From Phoronis australis (lineage: Eukaryota > Animalia > Phoronida): a DNA stretch of 64,000 nt. Under the pieces are notes generated by a model that saw nothing but the letters and a program-made list of their open reading frames with translations, searched no databases and had not been told where the DNA came from. The stretch spans positions 62,001-126,000 of the forward strand of contig NMRA01000299.1 in the NCBI GenBank assembly GCA_002633005.1, written 5' to 3'. Position 1 is the stretch's first letter. Every line of letters begins with the position of its first letter. A program made the translations under genes and the position numbers. This document shows, one piece after another, positions 36,101 to 51,100 of the stretch.

Positions 36101-39100
36101 GTTGTTTTAGCTGTTCAGGGTAGTAACACATCATGTTTGAATAATGATATTTAAAACAGTTATTGAGATTTTACTAATTTGAGTACTAAATAAAGTCAGT
36201 AACTATTGATTTTGCCCTGTCATTAATTTAGGGTGTGAAAAATTCACCATCATTATAGTTTCAAGATGTGATGAACTTTTAACTTTAAGATAATACAGCG
36301 TTGGAGAATATTTGAAAATTACTAGGATTTGCCGGGATATGCCTTATATCTGCCACCATTTCAATGTATTTTGTCTTTTGGCCTTAGCCTGCTGCCGAGC
36401 TGACTACAGATTTCAGCTGTTCTTTTACTTTGAGTTCTAGACAAATCATGACAGTGTTTTCCCATTCAGTGACTTTACCAGACATAGAGGGTTGTGAGCG
36501 TGTGATAACATCTAGCTTCTTTATTAACTGCCAAGCACAGTCTTTTGTCAGGCAAACTAGTTGAGCGATTTTGGCAATTCAAAAACTAAACGTGATCAGT
36601 CTTTGAAGAGGAATTCAGAAATGCTATTGGTTTATGTTCAAATATTAACTTAACTTTTATTTTTAACAGCACAGCCCAGTCAGGGTAGATAGGATCTTAT
36701 TGGAGAATAGAGCAATTATCGAACAAAAGAGAGCTGGCCCTCCAACCATAAATGCCAGAATGGATTTAATCAGTCGTGTAAGATATTGGCTACAGGGGTA
36801 AACTTCCCAACTTGTTGTTGGGCTATAGAATCGAACACGTTGGGAGCAACAGGAAAACGCCGTAATGTCTATGAATTTCACGGGCCTGAAATTCATGAAT
36901 CAAACTCATATAACCCTTGACTGATTTTAGTCAAAAGTCTGAAGACAAAGTTCAAGCCCAATAGACTCTTTCCCCCATGTTAAACTACTTACCCCTGACA
37001 CCAACCACAACGGGACAGTTTACTCATCTCCATATCGGGAACAAGCTGGTCAGATGTAGCATCATATCCACACACAATACCTGTTGTGATGCAACAAAAA
37101 TGAAAAGAGTCAAAGGAGGTCTCTACTTTCTTGTTCAATTACTATGTACCAACAATCCTTGAGATGACATGTTCTTGCTTATGGTTAAATTGCTTGTGCT
37201 TTCACACTGCACTAACTTCTTCACACCCACTAGTATTCATGAGGGATCCACGGATGGTCTCCAGACCAACATGGAATTTAGTAAATTCCATACAGTCAAG
37301 AAGTTTGTCTGTCTGGTACATGTAGTATTATAGCTCTTTAGACTTAGAGATAAATATATTGAGTTCCGGTTCCATCAGCGTTGTTGTTCCTACATGGTGG
37401 CAACGGCGGTTTGTGTCATTTTTGTGATTCTGGCGAAACAACTGGGCATTATAAACTGATACCTTCCAACGGTTTGTGTCAAGGATCTTTCGTGCTGTTT
37501 TCGAAGGATTTTGTTTGTGAAATACCAGAAAATAGCCTGGAACTGTCGATAGTTGTTGTACAGTGCTTCGAAATTTTCCATGACGTCATAGCCACACGTG
37601 CATTGTGTGTTTTGAGCTGACAGTTCATGTGATCGAAGTTCGCGAGGAAAGTGTGAGGCTCTATAAGATAACTTTTACGCGCGACTTTACATTATAAGTA
37701 GCGATACATAAAAGTTAGTGAATTTATTGACCAAATAAATTTACCACATACCTGCACGAGTGACACGCAACATTAGTGAACACGTTAACGAAGTGACACA
37801 TGAACTGACAACATTCAGAACATTACAAAAATGGCAACATATCAGATACCGGCCCCAACCCCAATGTCAGTACAAGGGAATGTGGCAGAGAACTGGCGTG
37901 AATTTGAAACCGCCTGGATAGACTACATGACCGCCACAGAACTAGACACAAAAATGGTTAAGGCGGATGGTACACCAGACCTAAAGGGTGTATCAATAGT
38001 TGCTGCGACACTCTGCTCCGTCATGGGGCAGGAGTGTAAACGAGTACTGTGTAACTTGCCTAACGTCAGTGAAGAAGACAGACGCAATCCTCAGAAGATC
38101 ATTGATGCCTTAAAGGCGTACTTTGTTCCTCAGAAGAATGTTCTCTACGAGAGATTTGTGTTCAACCAAGCAGTCCAAAAGACGGGAGAGACGATAGATG
38201 TGTTTGTCCTAAGATTACGCAAGTTAGCTGACTCTTGCGAATTCGGGGAACTGAAAGACTCACTGATCAGAGACCGCATAGTCGTTGGGACGAATGATGA
38301 CGCAGGACGAGAGAGACTCTTAAGAGAACGCCCTGTACCAAGCCTCGCAAAAGCCATTGAGAATCTGCGAGCAGCAGAGGCATCACGCACTCAGAAACAG
38401 GTGATGTCAGGCAAAAGTGAGAGTACAGTCGAGTTCGTGAAACGGCATGGGTTCAAGAAGCACAACAATCCTCAGAAGAAGCAGGCTCATAAAAAGCAGC
38501 AGGGTCCACCGAAGAACCAGTCAGAAAGTTGTAAGTGGTGTGGTAGCACTAAACCACACGCACGCAAAGAGTGCAGAGCTAGAGACAGCAAGTGCAACAA
38601 CTGTGGCAAGATAGGCCATTGGTCCAAAGCTTGTAGGTCCAAAAGCACAGCAGAAATAGATACTCAGGAAGAAGAAGACGTTCCTGTGCAATTTCTGGGT
38701 CAAATTGAAGCTTCTAAAAAGCACTGGTCAGCAGATATCTCTGTGAACGGTCATACTACGCAGTTCAAGCTAGATAGCGGCGCAGACATCACAGTGATGG
38801 GAGACAAAAATCCGTGGCTGGCTAAAACTAAGCTGGAACCAAACACCAATCTGACCAACTGCCGAGGTGCCGGCAATGTGACACTGAACGACCGTATTCT
38901 TGGTGTGATCCCAAAAGCCAAACTTTGTTGCGGTGATCGTCATCTAGAAGAAGATGTTTACATCATGAAAGGACAACGCTTAAACCTGTTAAGCAAACGT
39001 GCCTGTGAACACTTCAAGCTTTTGATACCTTCAGCATCTGTCTATGAGGTAGATGCAAAACCAGATTTTCGTGGGGAGTTCCCGAAGCTGTTTCAAGGTC

Positions 39101-42100
39101 TAGGCTGTTTGACCACACCCTACGAGATAAGTCTTCAACCTGACGCCAACCCTGTGTGTTTATACACTGCCAGACGTGTGCCCCACCCTTTGCTTCCGCA
39201 GGTGGAAAAAGAGTTAGAGTCTATGGAAAGACAAGGCATTATTTCCAAGGTAACCCATCCTACTGAATGGTGTTCCGGCATGGTGTGCATCCCAAAGTCC
39301 AATGGCCGAGTGCGCATTTGCGTAGATCTTACTCCACTGAACAAAGCCGTGAGGCGTGAAGTTCACCCGATGTCATCTGTTGAGGACAGTCTGAGCAGTC
39401 TTAGTTGCGGTAAGCCAGTTATCTTCTCGAAATTAGATGCCAACTCAGGGTTCTGGCAGATTCCTCTACACGAAGCATCCAAAGACCTAACAACCTTCAT
39501 CAGTCCCCTTGGACGTTTCAGGTTTAACAGACTTCCCTTTGGAATAAGCTCTGCCCCAGAGATTTTCCAACGCACGATGTCATCGATCCTTGAAGGTCTA
39601 GATGGTACCTTGTGTCATATGGACGACATACTCATCTATGGAAGCACTCAAAAAGAACACGACGAAAGAGTCCGTTCAGTACTTCAGCGTCTACAGGCTG
39701 CAGGCCTGACCCTGAACAACAAATGTGAGTTTTCCACATCAAAGATCAAGTTCCTGGGACACCTTATCAGCTCAGATGGGATAATGGCTGACCCAGAAAA
39801 GACGCAAGCAGTTAGAGATTTCCCTGTGCCCACAAATGTGACTGAGCTTCAAAGATTTAATGGCATGGTGAACCAGCTGGCGAAATTCCTACCTAATCTG
39901 GTGAAGCTGAATGAACCCCTGAGACAACTCTTGAGGAAAGACCAAGCCTTCCAATGGGATGAACCTCAACAAAGATCCTTTCAACAAGTAAAAGAAGCAC
40001 TCGTCTCAACAGTCACACTGGCCCACTACGACCCTAGTCGTGAGACCATAGTAGCAGCTGATGCAAGCCAGTACGGCATTGGTGCTGTATTGCTCCAAAT
40101 TGATTCTGGTGGTAACAGAAGACCAGTATGCTTTGCGTCCAGATCACTTAACGACACGGAGAAACGTTATGCAGTGATAGAAAAGGAAGCACTAGCAGCT
40201 ACCTGGGCTTGCGAGAAGTTCTCAACCTTCATTCTTGGACTCAAGTTTACCCTGGAGACCGACCATAAACCACTAGTGCCTCTACTGTCATCAACAGACT
40301 TGTCTAAGATGCCACCTCGAGTGCTACGTTTCCGTCTCCGTTTGATGAAATTCAGCCCCACGATAAACCACGTTCCAGGAAAGAACCACCTGATTGCAGA
40401 TGCCTTGTCCCGAGCTCCGGTTGACAAACCTTCAGTTCCTGATGAGATATTCCTAGACGAAGTTGAAGATCAAGCTGAGTATACAGTCAAATACTTACCT
40501 GCAACACAAGGTCGTCTGAATCAGATCAAAGAAGCACAACGTAGCGATGCAACATGTGGTGAAGTCATCAAGTACTGCCAAAATGGTTGGCCTGCTTTCT
40601 CTGCAGATACGCTACTGAAACCTTACTACGAGAAAAAGCAACATCTCACCATCATAGATGGACTACTGATGTACAACGACCGTATTGTTATTCCCCAGTC
40701 GATGCAGTTGGAGGTGCTAAACCAAATCCACCAAGGTCATCTAGGGATAACGAAGTGCCGAGCAAGAGCCATGGAATCTGTTTGGTGGCCACGCATCAGT
40801 ACACAGATTGAGGCAATGTGTAAACAGTGCCTAACCTGTGCTTTTCACAGACCAGAGACGAAGGAGCCCTTGTTGCCTTCATCTTTTCCTTCCCGACCCT
40901 GGGAACGAATTGGAACCGACTTGTTCGAACTGAACAAACAACACTACGTCCTTGTGGTAGACTACTTCTCCAGATGGATCGAAGTTCGAAGACTTAGCCA
41001 GACAACTGCGCAACACACGATTGAAGCACTCAAGTCAATATTCAGTACACATGGAATACCAGACATTGTTATATCCGACAATGGCCCCCAGTATGCTTGT
41101 GAAAGCTTTGACATGTTTGCCAAAGACTACGGCTTCGTTCATGTGACATCCTCACCTCTCTACCCTCAGTGCAACGGAGAAGCCGAGCGCGCAGTCCAAA
41201 CTGCAAAGAACATATTGAAAAAGAATACTGATCCTCACCTAGGTTTCCTGGCATACAGATCGACGCCTATTCACAATGGAAAGTCTCCGAGTCAACTACT
41301 CATGTCCAGACGGCTCCGAACAACTTTGCCGATCATGCCTAAAGCACTTCTTCACAATTCTATCGATGATCAGTCCGTAAGGGCGAAAGAAACTCTGCTT
41401 AACTCAAAGAACAAAGCAAACTTCGACCACAGACACCGAACTATGTCCCTACCAGTATTAGGTGTTGGAGACCAAGTCTGGGTGCGCGATCAAGACAAAC
41501 ACGGTGAAGTGAAAGAGAGTTCGACAAACCCGAGATCCTACCTTGTCGTCACAGAGTCCGGTGCTACAATTCGCCGTAACCGGTCAGCGTTGATTCATAC
41601 CGGAAATATGAAAAGTGCCTCACCAGAGAATTTTACACCAAAAGAGACGACCCCCAAACCATTTTCAAACCCGGCATCAAACCCACCTACCGCAGACACC
41701 CCACAGACCCAACAACTACGACGTTCTCAGCGGGTTATAAAACCAGTGGATCGCCTGAACCTCTGAACATTGATTAGTTTTCAGCGCTTAGTGATAACGA
41801 CATTAACATAGTTCAAGCCATTTATTGCTTAAAGCGTTTACACATATTCTTAAACTATCTTGGGAGGAGATGTAGTATTATAGCTCTTTAGACTTAGAGA
41901 TAAATATATTGAGTTCCGGTTCCATCAGCGTTGTTGTTCCTACAGTACTAATTATCATGAATTCAATGCGGTTAAAACAACTGATGGACAGATACAAAAT
42001 TGTATTCTGCATTCATTTGACATGTTTCAAAACTTAAAAGTCTTAGCAATTCACAGAATTTCATCACCGGCGCTGCTGTAACTTTTTAACAAGAGAAACC

Positions 42101-45100
42101 CGAAGCGTTGAAATGCGCCCACGAATGCACCGCAAGTGCTTTGCTTCTAGGGTTGTTTATTTGTTCCATAAAAATAGCCACTAGATGGCGCAAAAATGTC
42201 CAATCCATCTGAAAACGAGAACATGCCAATATGCCAGAATAAGCACCAATTCTATTCAGGCGTCCGGAATCCGTTATTTGCTTTACTACGCAAGCATAGA
42301 GCTCGAAAAGTCGTTTTTTAGATCGCCATTTTTGGCGACAGAAAATGTGAAAATAGCGATAAGATTTTCCAATGTGTCGTCAAATGGCAGTAAAATTGTC
42401 ATAACAGTGGATTTTCCCAACAAGGATCTGTTACCTTCAGATTAGTACTACACAAAAGTGTGGAGTAACAGTGCTGAGCCGTTCCGTAGTCTTGTTAGAG
42501 CTGATTCCGGTGACTGTAGTGCGTAGACGACAAATGACTATACAGTGCTCCAGTTTGATTGCAACTATTCTCATGTGGCGAAGTGCACACATGCAATCTT
42601 CACATGTTGCAGAGGTTACATCATAAGGATTAAATTTATGGCCAAAGTAGTCCCATGACATGAGTAGAACTATGTGGGTATAAGCAGTAAAATTTTGAGT
42701 TAAGAGTTAAGTTGTTTGACGAAATAAATGTTTGAAAATTCAGGTGTTTCTTTATGGTTGGGATGTTCTAGACTCCGCAACCCAATGATTTAGGTTTAGT
42801 GCAGTAAGTTTTTGACGTGTGGCTTTGGAGTGGTGCACATATAAGTTCACACAGAAGAATTTTTGGAGTGCATGTTACATTGGCAGCAACATGTGAGTGA
42901 CAGTTGACTCATACATACGCACTTGGTCAGCTGCAGAAAGAAGGGCTTGAGAAGTTTTTTGCTGTCTTGCCATAAAAAAGGTGACGCATATAGAAACAGG
43001 ACATTACTTGACCCCATTTTCAAGTCACGGTCGTCTGCCGGGACATAAAGCGCTAACAGTGGGACCAACCAGTGCCAACTGAGATATTGTAATAGGATGA
43101 TCAGGACATCTTGCATCCAAAATAAATATTTTTAATCACAAAGTCGGCAAGATGGTCGTTACTGAATGAAATATAGCTGTGACATTTTATCACATATTTA
43201 TGCCGTGGTTCGAAATTTTTTTCGGAGCATCCAAAAATTTGCAAATAAAGTAGCCGAGAACACTAGTCAATGAAACGCTTCACAGATCGGTTCGGAGTCA
43301 TCCTAGGTTCACGTGACATGTTTACAACTCAATGAAGAAGGCTGTTCTCTGTAAGTGTTCAACTTGATTTGGCAACAACCAAATAACGACTGGATTCGCA
43401 CGATATGTCTGCCAGGTGTCGAACTGCTGCCAAAAACTGGGCTCGAGTATGTGGGAAATTCCAGGTTGCATGTTGCAAATTGATACGAGATGACCAAAGA
43501 CTCTGGTTGCATTTCTAAATTTCAGGTCACAAATGTGACTGGCAGTTTGTTATGCCAAGCGCTGAGACCCAACTGATTACAACCAACACCAAACTTTAGC
43601 ATATTCGGTAAGTACGCATTTTTAGTTAGAGCTCGTCACTTATTTAGTCGTGTAGCAAACCGTGGATGCTGATTACCCAAATAATTGGCGTTTTGTCTAC
43701 AAGTTATTTTTACCGACACAGATACATGTACGAACTGTTCTTCGCTAGGCCACCTACTGTTCGAAGAATTTTTCCCTAGGACCCCCATTGTACGGATTCA
43801 CTACTCATTCCCAGTCAGTCATTAGTATTTTATACATAAAATATTAAGCAAATACTTTTTGTTGAGTTATGTCTTGTTTTTGCTGTAACTCTTGATTGAC
43901 GACTGGCTCATGTCCGTTTAACTCTGATTCTCATCTTCACTGCGTAGCGGGTTTCAAATAACAGCAAGTGAGCGGCAGCGGGCGTTCGAGATAAGACTGC
44001 TGCACAAAACCTTACGTTTACAATTCATTGGGTCATAGAGTATCGAGCATAAACATTCCCAAACACAAAATAACACACCTGATAGTTTTTCAAACATTTA
44101 TTTCATCAAACAGCTAATTAATTGCTCTCCGACTCAGAACTTGACAACTAAAAAGATACGTGCAGGTCTACTCATGTCATATCACGGTAACCATAAATTT
44201 AATCTCCCATGTAACCTCTGCAACACGTGAAGCTTCCACCCATGCACTTTTTCCACATGAAAATAGTTGCAATGCAAGTGGAGCGCTGTATGGTCATTGG
44301 TCATCTGTGCCCGGTTGCAAGAAACAGTCCCTACTAGGGACTTAACTAAGTTCCCTAAATCTACTGCATATTTGTGGATTTGTGGAAACATCGATTGTTC
44401 TTTCTTATGCTGTTATAGTTTCATTACTAAGTCAATTTTCGGGTTTTGATGCAAATCGAGAGTGAAAGTATCGTTCAATTCTCAATATTATTGAAAATAA
44501 ATATGGATATTTTCATGCAACATCCCTAACTTAAGGACTAAGTCCCTAATTATTTTCATTGAATTCGGGGCTCAGTTTGAAGTTATGTTATTAGATAATT
44601 TCGTCAAAGAGGAGCTCATAATAAAGATGAAACGATAGAAAAAGATTATATCTGTGAGTAAGCAAAGACACAGACAAGCAAGATATTTAGGGAAATTAGT
44701 TGAGTCCCTATTTGGGACTGTTTCATGCAACCCGGCACTGCACACTACAGTCACCGGAATCAGCTCTAATTTTGTAAATTTATTCGTGAAGGGCTAATCT
44801 GAGGACAACAGAACCTTTGTTAGGAGAATCCGATGTTATGACATTTATATTGCCATTTCGTGAAACACTGGAAAATCTTATCGACATTTCCACATTTGCT
44901 GTATCCAAAAATGGCTATCTAAATATTTGTCAATGCCCAATAGGAGAAAATGGAACGTAGATCTATGCCAAGCATACAGTTTGAGGTCATGATCGCAGCT
45001 GGCACAGAGGCAGCTCTACTGAAATAATTTGACAAATCACAACCATACACAGCTGTCATAAATTTGGAACAGACAAAGCAGAAACGAGTATCATTTACCA

Positions 45101-48100
45101 GAAATAAAACCCAATTAGCATCACAATTATTAGATATCATTCCTGATAAATGCACTCGGCATTCAAAGAAATGAAATCCAGAGGCCGCTATATTCATGAC
45201 TGGACTTTGACATGGCTCATGGTAAACACTTTGGTTAAAGATTTACAGTTCAAGACATATACATATTTATTAGAAAATTAAATTGTCATTCAATAAATGG
45301 CTATAATTACCACCCATAAATGTCAGCTCTGAAATGAGGACTGTCCTCAGACTTGGGAACACTTTAAGTTTACATCCAGATAAGTGGAAGCATAGGGTAC
45401 CGGAGGCTATTGAGATTTAAGTCCACAGACTAAATTTGAACAGAGATCCTGGACTGGATCTCCATGCATTGTACTTGAACCTGGTGGGGTATTCCACTGA
45501 CATTAGAGAATCCCCTCAGTGTTTTTATTTCACAACTAAGACGTTCCACGTGGCGGTGAACCAAGTCCATGAGATTTGGACAAAACGGCTGTACACGGAC
45601 AACCTCAAGTTTCAGCATTTTGGTTCCAAAAAGGGATCTTTATGACTTAAATGGAACGCAGGAATATACATTAGTCTCATGTATTTATTAGATGCATTTT
45701 GAGGCTCAATTTTGATATTTTTGTGTTTACTATACTAGCTTTATAATACTCACACCCATGCTTTCAATTCTGTTCCATACAAGTAACAAGTGGTCTATAT
45801 GAAGAATTGACTTACCATGAAGTGGAAAAGAGTACTTCTTCCCTGGCATCAGTTCACCATGAGTTGTCAAAGCCAGTTGGTAAAGCATGCCACCCCGTTG
45901 GAACCAGAGATCCTCAAACCGCCACAAGGTAACCGCTTCGCAGGTGAGGCAACGATAAAGCATTTTTTTCTTTACTGCATCACGTGTCTCATTGATTACA
46001 TCTTCTGGGCATGTGCCAATCACACCTATGATAGAGATGACAGCAAATCAGTACAGGGAGGTCTACGCAGTATAAAAATCTCATTCAGTTACTATCCTGA
46101 GGACGAGCAATCTAGTAATAAAATTTCTGGATGTTTTGCCGACTATTGCTTGCTGCATATTGTTTGCTATCACAACAAACAACTACCATGCCTCTGACAA
46201 TGACAAAGCCGGCAATTTCTGAACTTGAGATCTCACTAATGAATTTTTGCTATCTGAACTGGTCAGCATTTGAAAAGGAATTCAGAATGGCCATTATAAA
46301 GTTGACTATGAGAATTTGATAAAATAGTGAAATTTTACTACCTGCTTCTAACAGCTAAAGATGGATAAGATCTTACGAAGAACATGGCAATTATGGAACA
46401 ACAAGCCTAAGTGACTCATGGTTTCTAAAGCCTTGAATTGACTAAATCATAGCTGAAGACAAAATCAATATGTAGCATTGATATGCGCCCACCCAATGTA
46501 TGGATAGTGAAATGCGAAGATTAAAAGGGTGCTCATGTTTTCAAACATTTTGACGCTTGAGAATTAACAACAAATTGAAATAAAGTCAACGGATTTCTGT
46601 GCTTGTAATCCAAAAAATAAATACTTTTGATATTTTTGTATTAAAAATGCACAATTTTCACTTCTTTAGCACATAACATGACAGACTAGTTAGATTTGGT
46701 TGCGTATATTTTTCAACAGAAGTTTAAACCAAAGTCACTCTATTATCAGCCTGGTTTTAACTTTACGGGAAACATTATTACAAGAACCTTTCATAACATT
46801 TCCAACATTTGCAGAAAAGTTTAAGCCTTTCAAATTAGAACAAGAGCATCGTTTGGGCATTTACATGCTCCCATGGTGCATCACAATCCATGTATTTCTA
46901 AGGGCCATTAACAGGTATTGCAATCTCGCTAATAAAGGGTGCCGGTACATTGTCATCATTGAGTCAAGTTTTATTGAAATTCGTCCATTAGTTCCTTTGA
47001 TATAATCCTGAAATGCCCTTCCCCCAATCAACACATGAAAAGCCCTTTGTCGACCACTTAAATCCGCTGCAGGGGTCAAACCTGCCCGAAAAATCAAATG
47101 GTGCTGACGCATTGTCATCACATACCTTTTGTATTAATCGTCATAGAAATTTGTCAATAGGTTCTCTAGATATCATCTGGAAAAGCTCTTTCCCAAACAA
47201 CACTTGTCAAGAATAAAATGGCCATTAGGAAGTTCTCCAGAGGTCGAATTCTACCAAAAATTTAATGGTACTAGTGCAATGACATCCCATACCTCTGTGT
47301 TAAGTTTCATTAAAATCCGTCAATTGGATCACTATATATCAATCCGAAATACTCTTAAATACAAAATGAGCATTAGGAGGCGCTGCAGAGCTGAAAATCT
47401 GCCCGAAAATCAAATAGTGCCGGCACACTTTTCATCATATACCTCAGTCTGTATTAAGTATAATTGAAATACATCAACTGGTTCTCTATATATCACCCAG
47501 AAACCCTCTTATCCCAGAAAACACTTGAAAAGTCCCATGTTAAGAACAAAATGACCACTAGGAGGTGCTGTAGTGATTGAATCTGCCTGAAAATTGTATG
47601 GTGTTGGGGTATTGACGTCGTACATCTCTGTGTCAAGTTTCATTGAAATTGATTGATTGGTTCTCTAGATATCATCCGGAAACACTCTTCCCTGAAATGG
47701 CCACATTAGGAGGTGCTACACCAACTGATTCCTCCCAAAAATTTGATGGTGCTGGTGCATTGATATTACAAATTTCTGTGTCAAGTTTTATTAAAATCAA
47801 TCAATCCGTTTTCTAGAGATAATCCGTCAACATTCCTCCAAAATATTCTAGTGATACCCCACAGCCTTGTGTCAGTTTTGGTAATTATTTCTGAGGCAAA
47901 TAAAGGAAGAATTATAGTAAGCTTTTTTGTCATTTCAATATCAGGCATATCTAAACACATAAGAGCTTAAGTTCATACCGGTACTTTTATAAACGTAATG
48001 ATGTACGTCTGCAATTAGTGATGGGCTGACCTCATAAACTTCACTGAACTTGATTTCCATGGAACGAGCAAGATTACGGATGTAGAGGTCCTGGAACAAA

Positions 48101-51100
48101 TCAAATAGCAAAAAAGCGTGCACTGTGACGTAACTCATTTGTTTCCACATCTATAGGTAAAACCATACCCTTCCAATGCTTTCAAACATCATTGATAAAA
48201 CACACTCCAACACGAAAAATTAACAAATCCGTCGGTGCTGGAAAAATAGATAATTTGATAATATATTGTTCCCTAGAAAGTAAAGACATTATTTTACAAT
48301 GATCTTTGAAAAGTATACAATTTCGCATTTTTATTTAAAACAAAACGCTATTTTCTATCTAGACTGAACAAAAATTAGTAGGCAGAGTGGGCTCAATTGT
48401 AATACGGCTAAGTTGCCTTTACTGAAACATGCCTGGTGACTTTCCAGTCTCCTAAGAAAACATGGAGCGATCAGGTTAAATATTTTGTTTAAGTCCAAGT
48501 ACATCCACTGCCCATTAAATTTGAACAGTAACAATTTCTTTGTACTTGGCTCGTATACAATCATTGAAGTACAAAATCATTCCTTCAAGTGATATACCAT
48601 ATTCGCCCTAATAAGTTCCCTGATGCCTCTACAAGCGCCCCCAACACAATTTCAGACTTCGCTGAAACAAGCGCCCAGTCCATGAACGTGTACATGCAAA
48701 AAACAAGTTACCTAAAGTCCTAAAATTGTACAGTTACATCTTTAATTTATCAACAAGATCGGCAGTCCGGAAAAAATCATTGCGTACGGAATTTCTAGAA
48801 CACCAGCTTTGCTGCTGTGTCAGTATTTAGCCGTGAAACTTCCGCCATGCTTAAAAAAAATAATAGTTTTGCTGATCTTGCAAGGAATGTGCCCCACTAT
48901 GTTCTGGCCTTTAACAGAACACACAAAACGTACTTGTCTACGGGATTGAATGGTTCACGTACAGTTCCCAATTCTTCTCCCTCAACAGGATTCCAAATTT
49001 CTTTGAAAACATGAGTCAAAGACTGGAACTCATTCAAATGACAACTGTCTCACGAAAAAAAAAATCATGTTAAAAGCACGTGGCCAGGAAGAGTGCGTTC
49101 TACATTCCAGTCGAAGCAAATGTCACAGAGACTTTTTCTTGTGTTGCAGTGTACAATCTTGTGCAGAATTTGGACTTAACATGCCCTTAATCCCGACTCC
49201 ACGGGAACTTAAAAATCTTAGGGATGCTATTGGAAAACTTAAATGAGGATTTCAGGTAGTTTGTTGAGTTGAACCTGTATTTTTATTCACGTTGCCATAC
49301 CGACGATTGCGAGGCAGTGACGCATTGATGAGTTTTCGCCCTGCGTTTCAGTATAATTTTCTGTAAAATGATCGTACTTTAACAATGAAGTTTGAAAGCA
49401 ATGCATCACATTTTTTTAGAAAGTCTATCATACATTACACATACATCACAAAGCGTAAATTTGCAGAATCCTAGCTTCCGATTAAACCCATTTCGGAGAC
49501 CGGGTTTCAACTCAATTTTTCGAAACGCCTGGGAGCTTATTAGGACAAATACGGTAATTGTATTTATCCCACATATTTGAAAATATGGGTATTGTATATG
49601 TCATGTTATTTACTGCGAAAAACCAGAAAATAGAGCCAATCCGTATACAACGGTAGAGGCCGTATGTAATACCGCCCAGGGCACTTAAATTGGGAATCTA
49701 AAAAACAGGGGGTGGGCGGAAAGCTGAGTACGGGCGGTTAAAATCAAAATTTTTGAAAAGTTGGGAGTGGGTGCTTACTGCACAAAGGACCGATTTTACC
49801 CTCACAGAGCTACACTGACATCAGACTTCAAGCATGTCAGTTAAGATATACGTCGCCGGACTCAAGTAACCGACTTCGAAGGGCTGAAGTGGAATTGTGC
49901 ACACAGATAGACGTGCCTCCAGTAGGGCAAGTTTCTTGAAAGAAAAGCAAGATTACGCAAGACTACGCTAGATCGTCATGTATTGCTACGGGAAGCAGGT
50001 GATTTTGTGAAGATATGCAATGTGCAAATGACTAACAGCCTGTCTTTCTTCTAAATAACTTGAACCTAGTTTGAACAATGTAACATTTTATATATTTCTT
50101 TCTGTGTTGCCAAAACGACCTCCCAGAATTTGTTCAAAGCACGGACGATACTACTATAAGGCAATAGGGGTGGTCAGCAGTCAGCTGCAAAAATAATGAG
50201 GCAAAAACATATCATGTAAAAAAGCAAAAACACATCATGTAAAAAGTCAATAGGCAAATCAAGAGTTAAAAAATAAGTTTTTGACCATGTACATGTGGAC
50301 AGAATGTTCGACTTGCGCTTAATTACAAGTTAATTTCTGGCGCTGTTGTTTTTGGTTGAGCGCTTCCCTTTTGGTATCAGGAGTGAGTCATTAAAAACAT
50401 GCGTTTAACGAAGATACAGAACAATGGCCCGTATCTGATTGCATTCAAAACAATGCGTCCTCAATAATGTCGGTGGTCATGTACCAGCCAAGTGCGCTCG
50501 TTTTTTTTTCCTTGCTCAGGGTGATGCTTCGTGTACTGTCACAGGGAATCTAGAAAGGTAGGCCACGGACTTGAAATTCTTGTCAAGTACCGCTTTGTTG
50601 GTTCTTCCANGGACAGAATGTTCGACTTGCGCTTAATTACAAGTTAATTTCTGGCGCTGTTGTTTTTGGTTGAGCGCTTCCCTTTTGGTATCAGGAGTGA
50701 GTCATTAAAAACATGCGTTTAACGAAGATACAGAACAATGGCCCGTATCTGATTGTATTCAAAACAATGCGTCCTCAATAATGTCGGTGGTCATGTACCA
50801 GCCAAGTGTGCTCGTTTTTTTTTCCTTGCTCAGGGTGATGCTTCGTGTACTGTCACAGGGAATCTAGAAAGGTAGGCCACGGACTTGAAATTCTTGTCAA
50901 GTACCGCTTTGTTGGTTCTTCCATGGCAATGAAATACATTCAACAAGTGCTGTCTTAGTGATCAGTGCATGCTGAAACGAGTTCCGCACGTGAGTCAAAA
51001 GAAACAAGTTGGATCTCCTTCAGTAAATAAAGAGCATGAGCATACCGGTATTTTACTGCCATAATAAGGCATGTTCCCGGTTCCGCTAAAACTGTTTTGA

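Larger units (their letters stand above)
37321..41944 (+). mobile_element. Intact Ty3/gypsy (Mag-like clade) LTR retrotransposon in VCPIP1 intron 5, antisense to the host gene
   Basis: Two identical TGT...ACA LTRs, a PBS, a PPT and a single uninterrupted gag-pol ORF. Flanks GTACA and GTACT give a 5-bp TSD with one mismatch, or a 4-bp GTAC. Confidence 0.97.

Noticed and set aside
38145-41254. Several short ORFs overlapping gag-pol
   Set aside because: Shadow frames of the polyprotein; no env-like or other domain seen.
44940-45650. Possible LINE or recombinase fragment (GTEAALLK-like peptide)
   Set aside because: Only one short motif among many stops; insufficient support.
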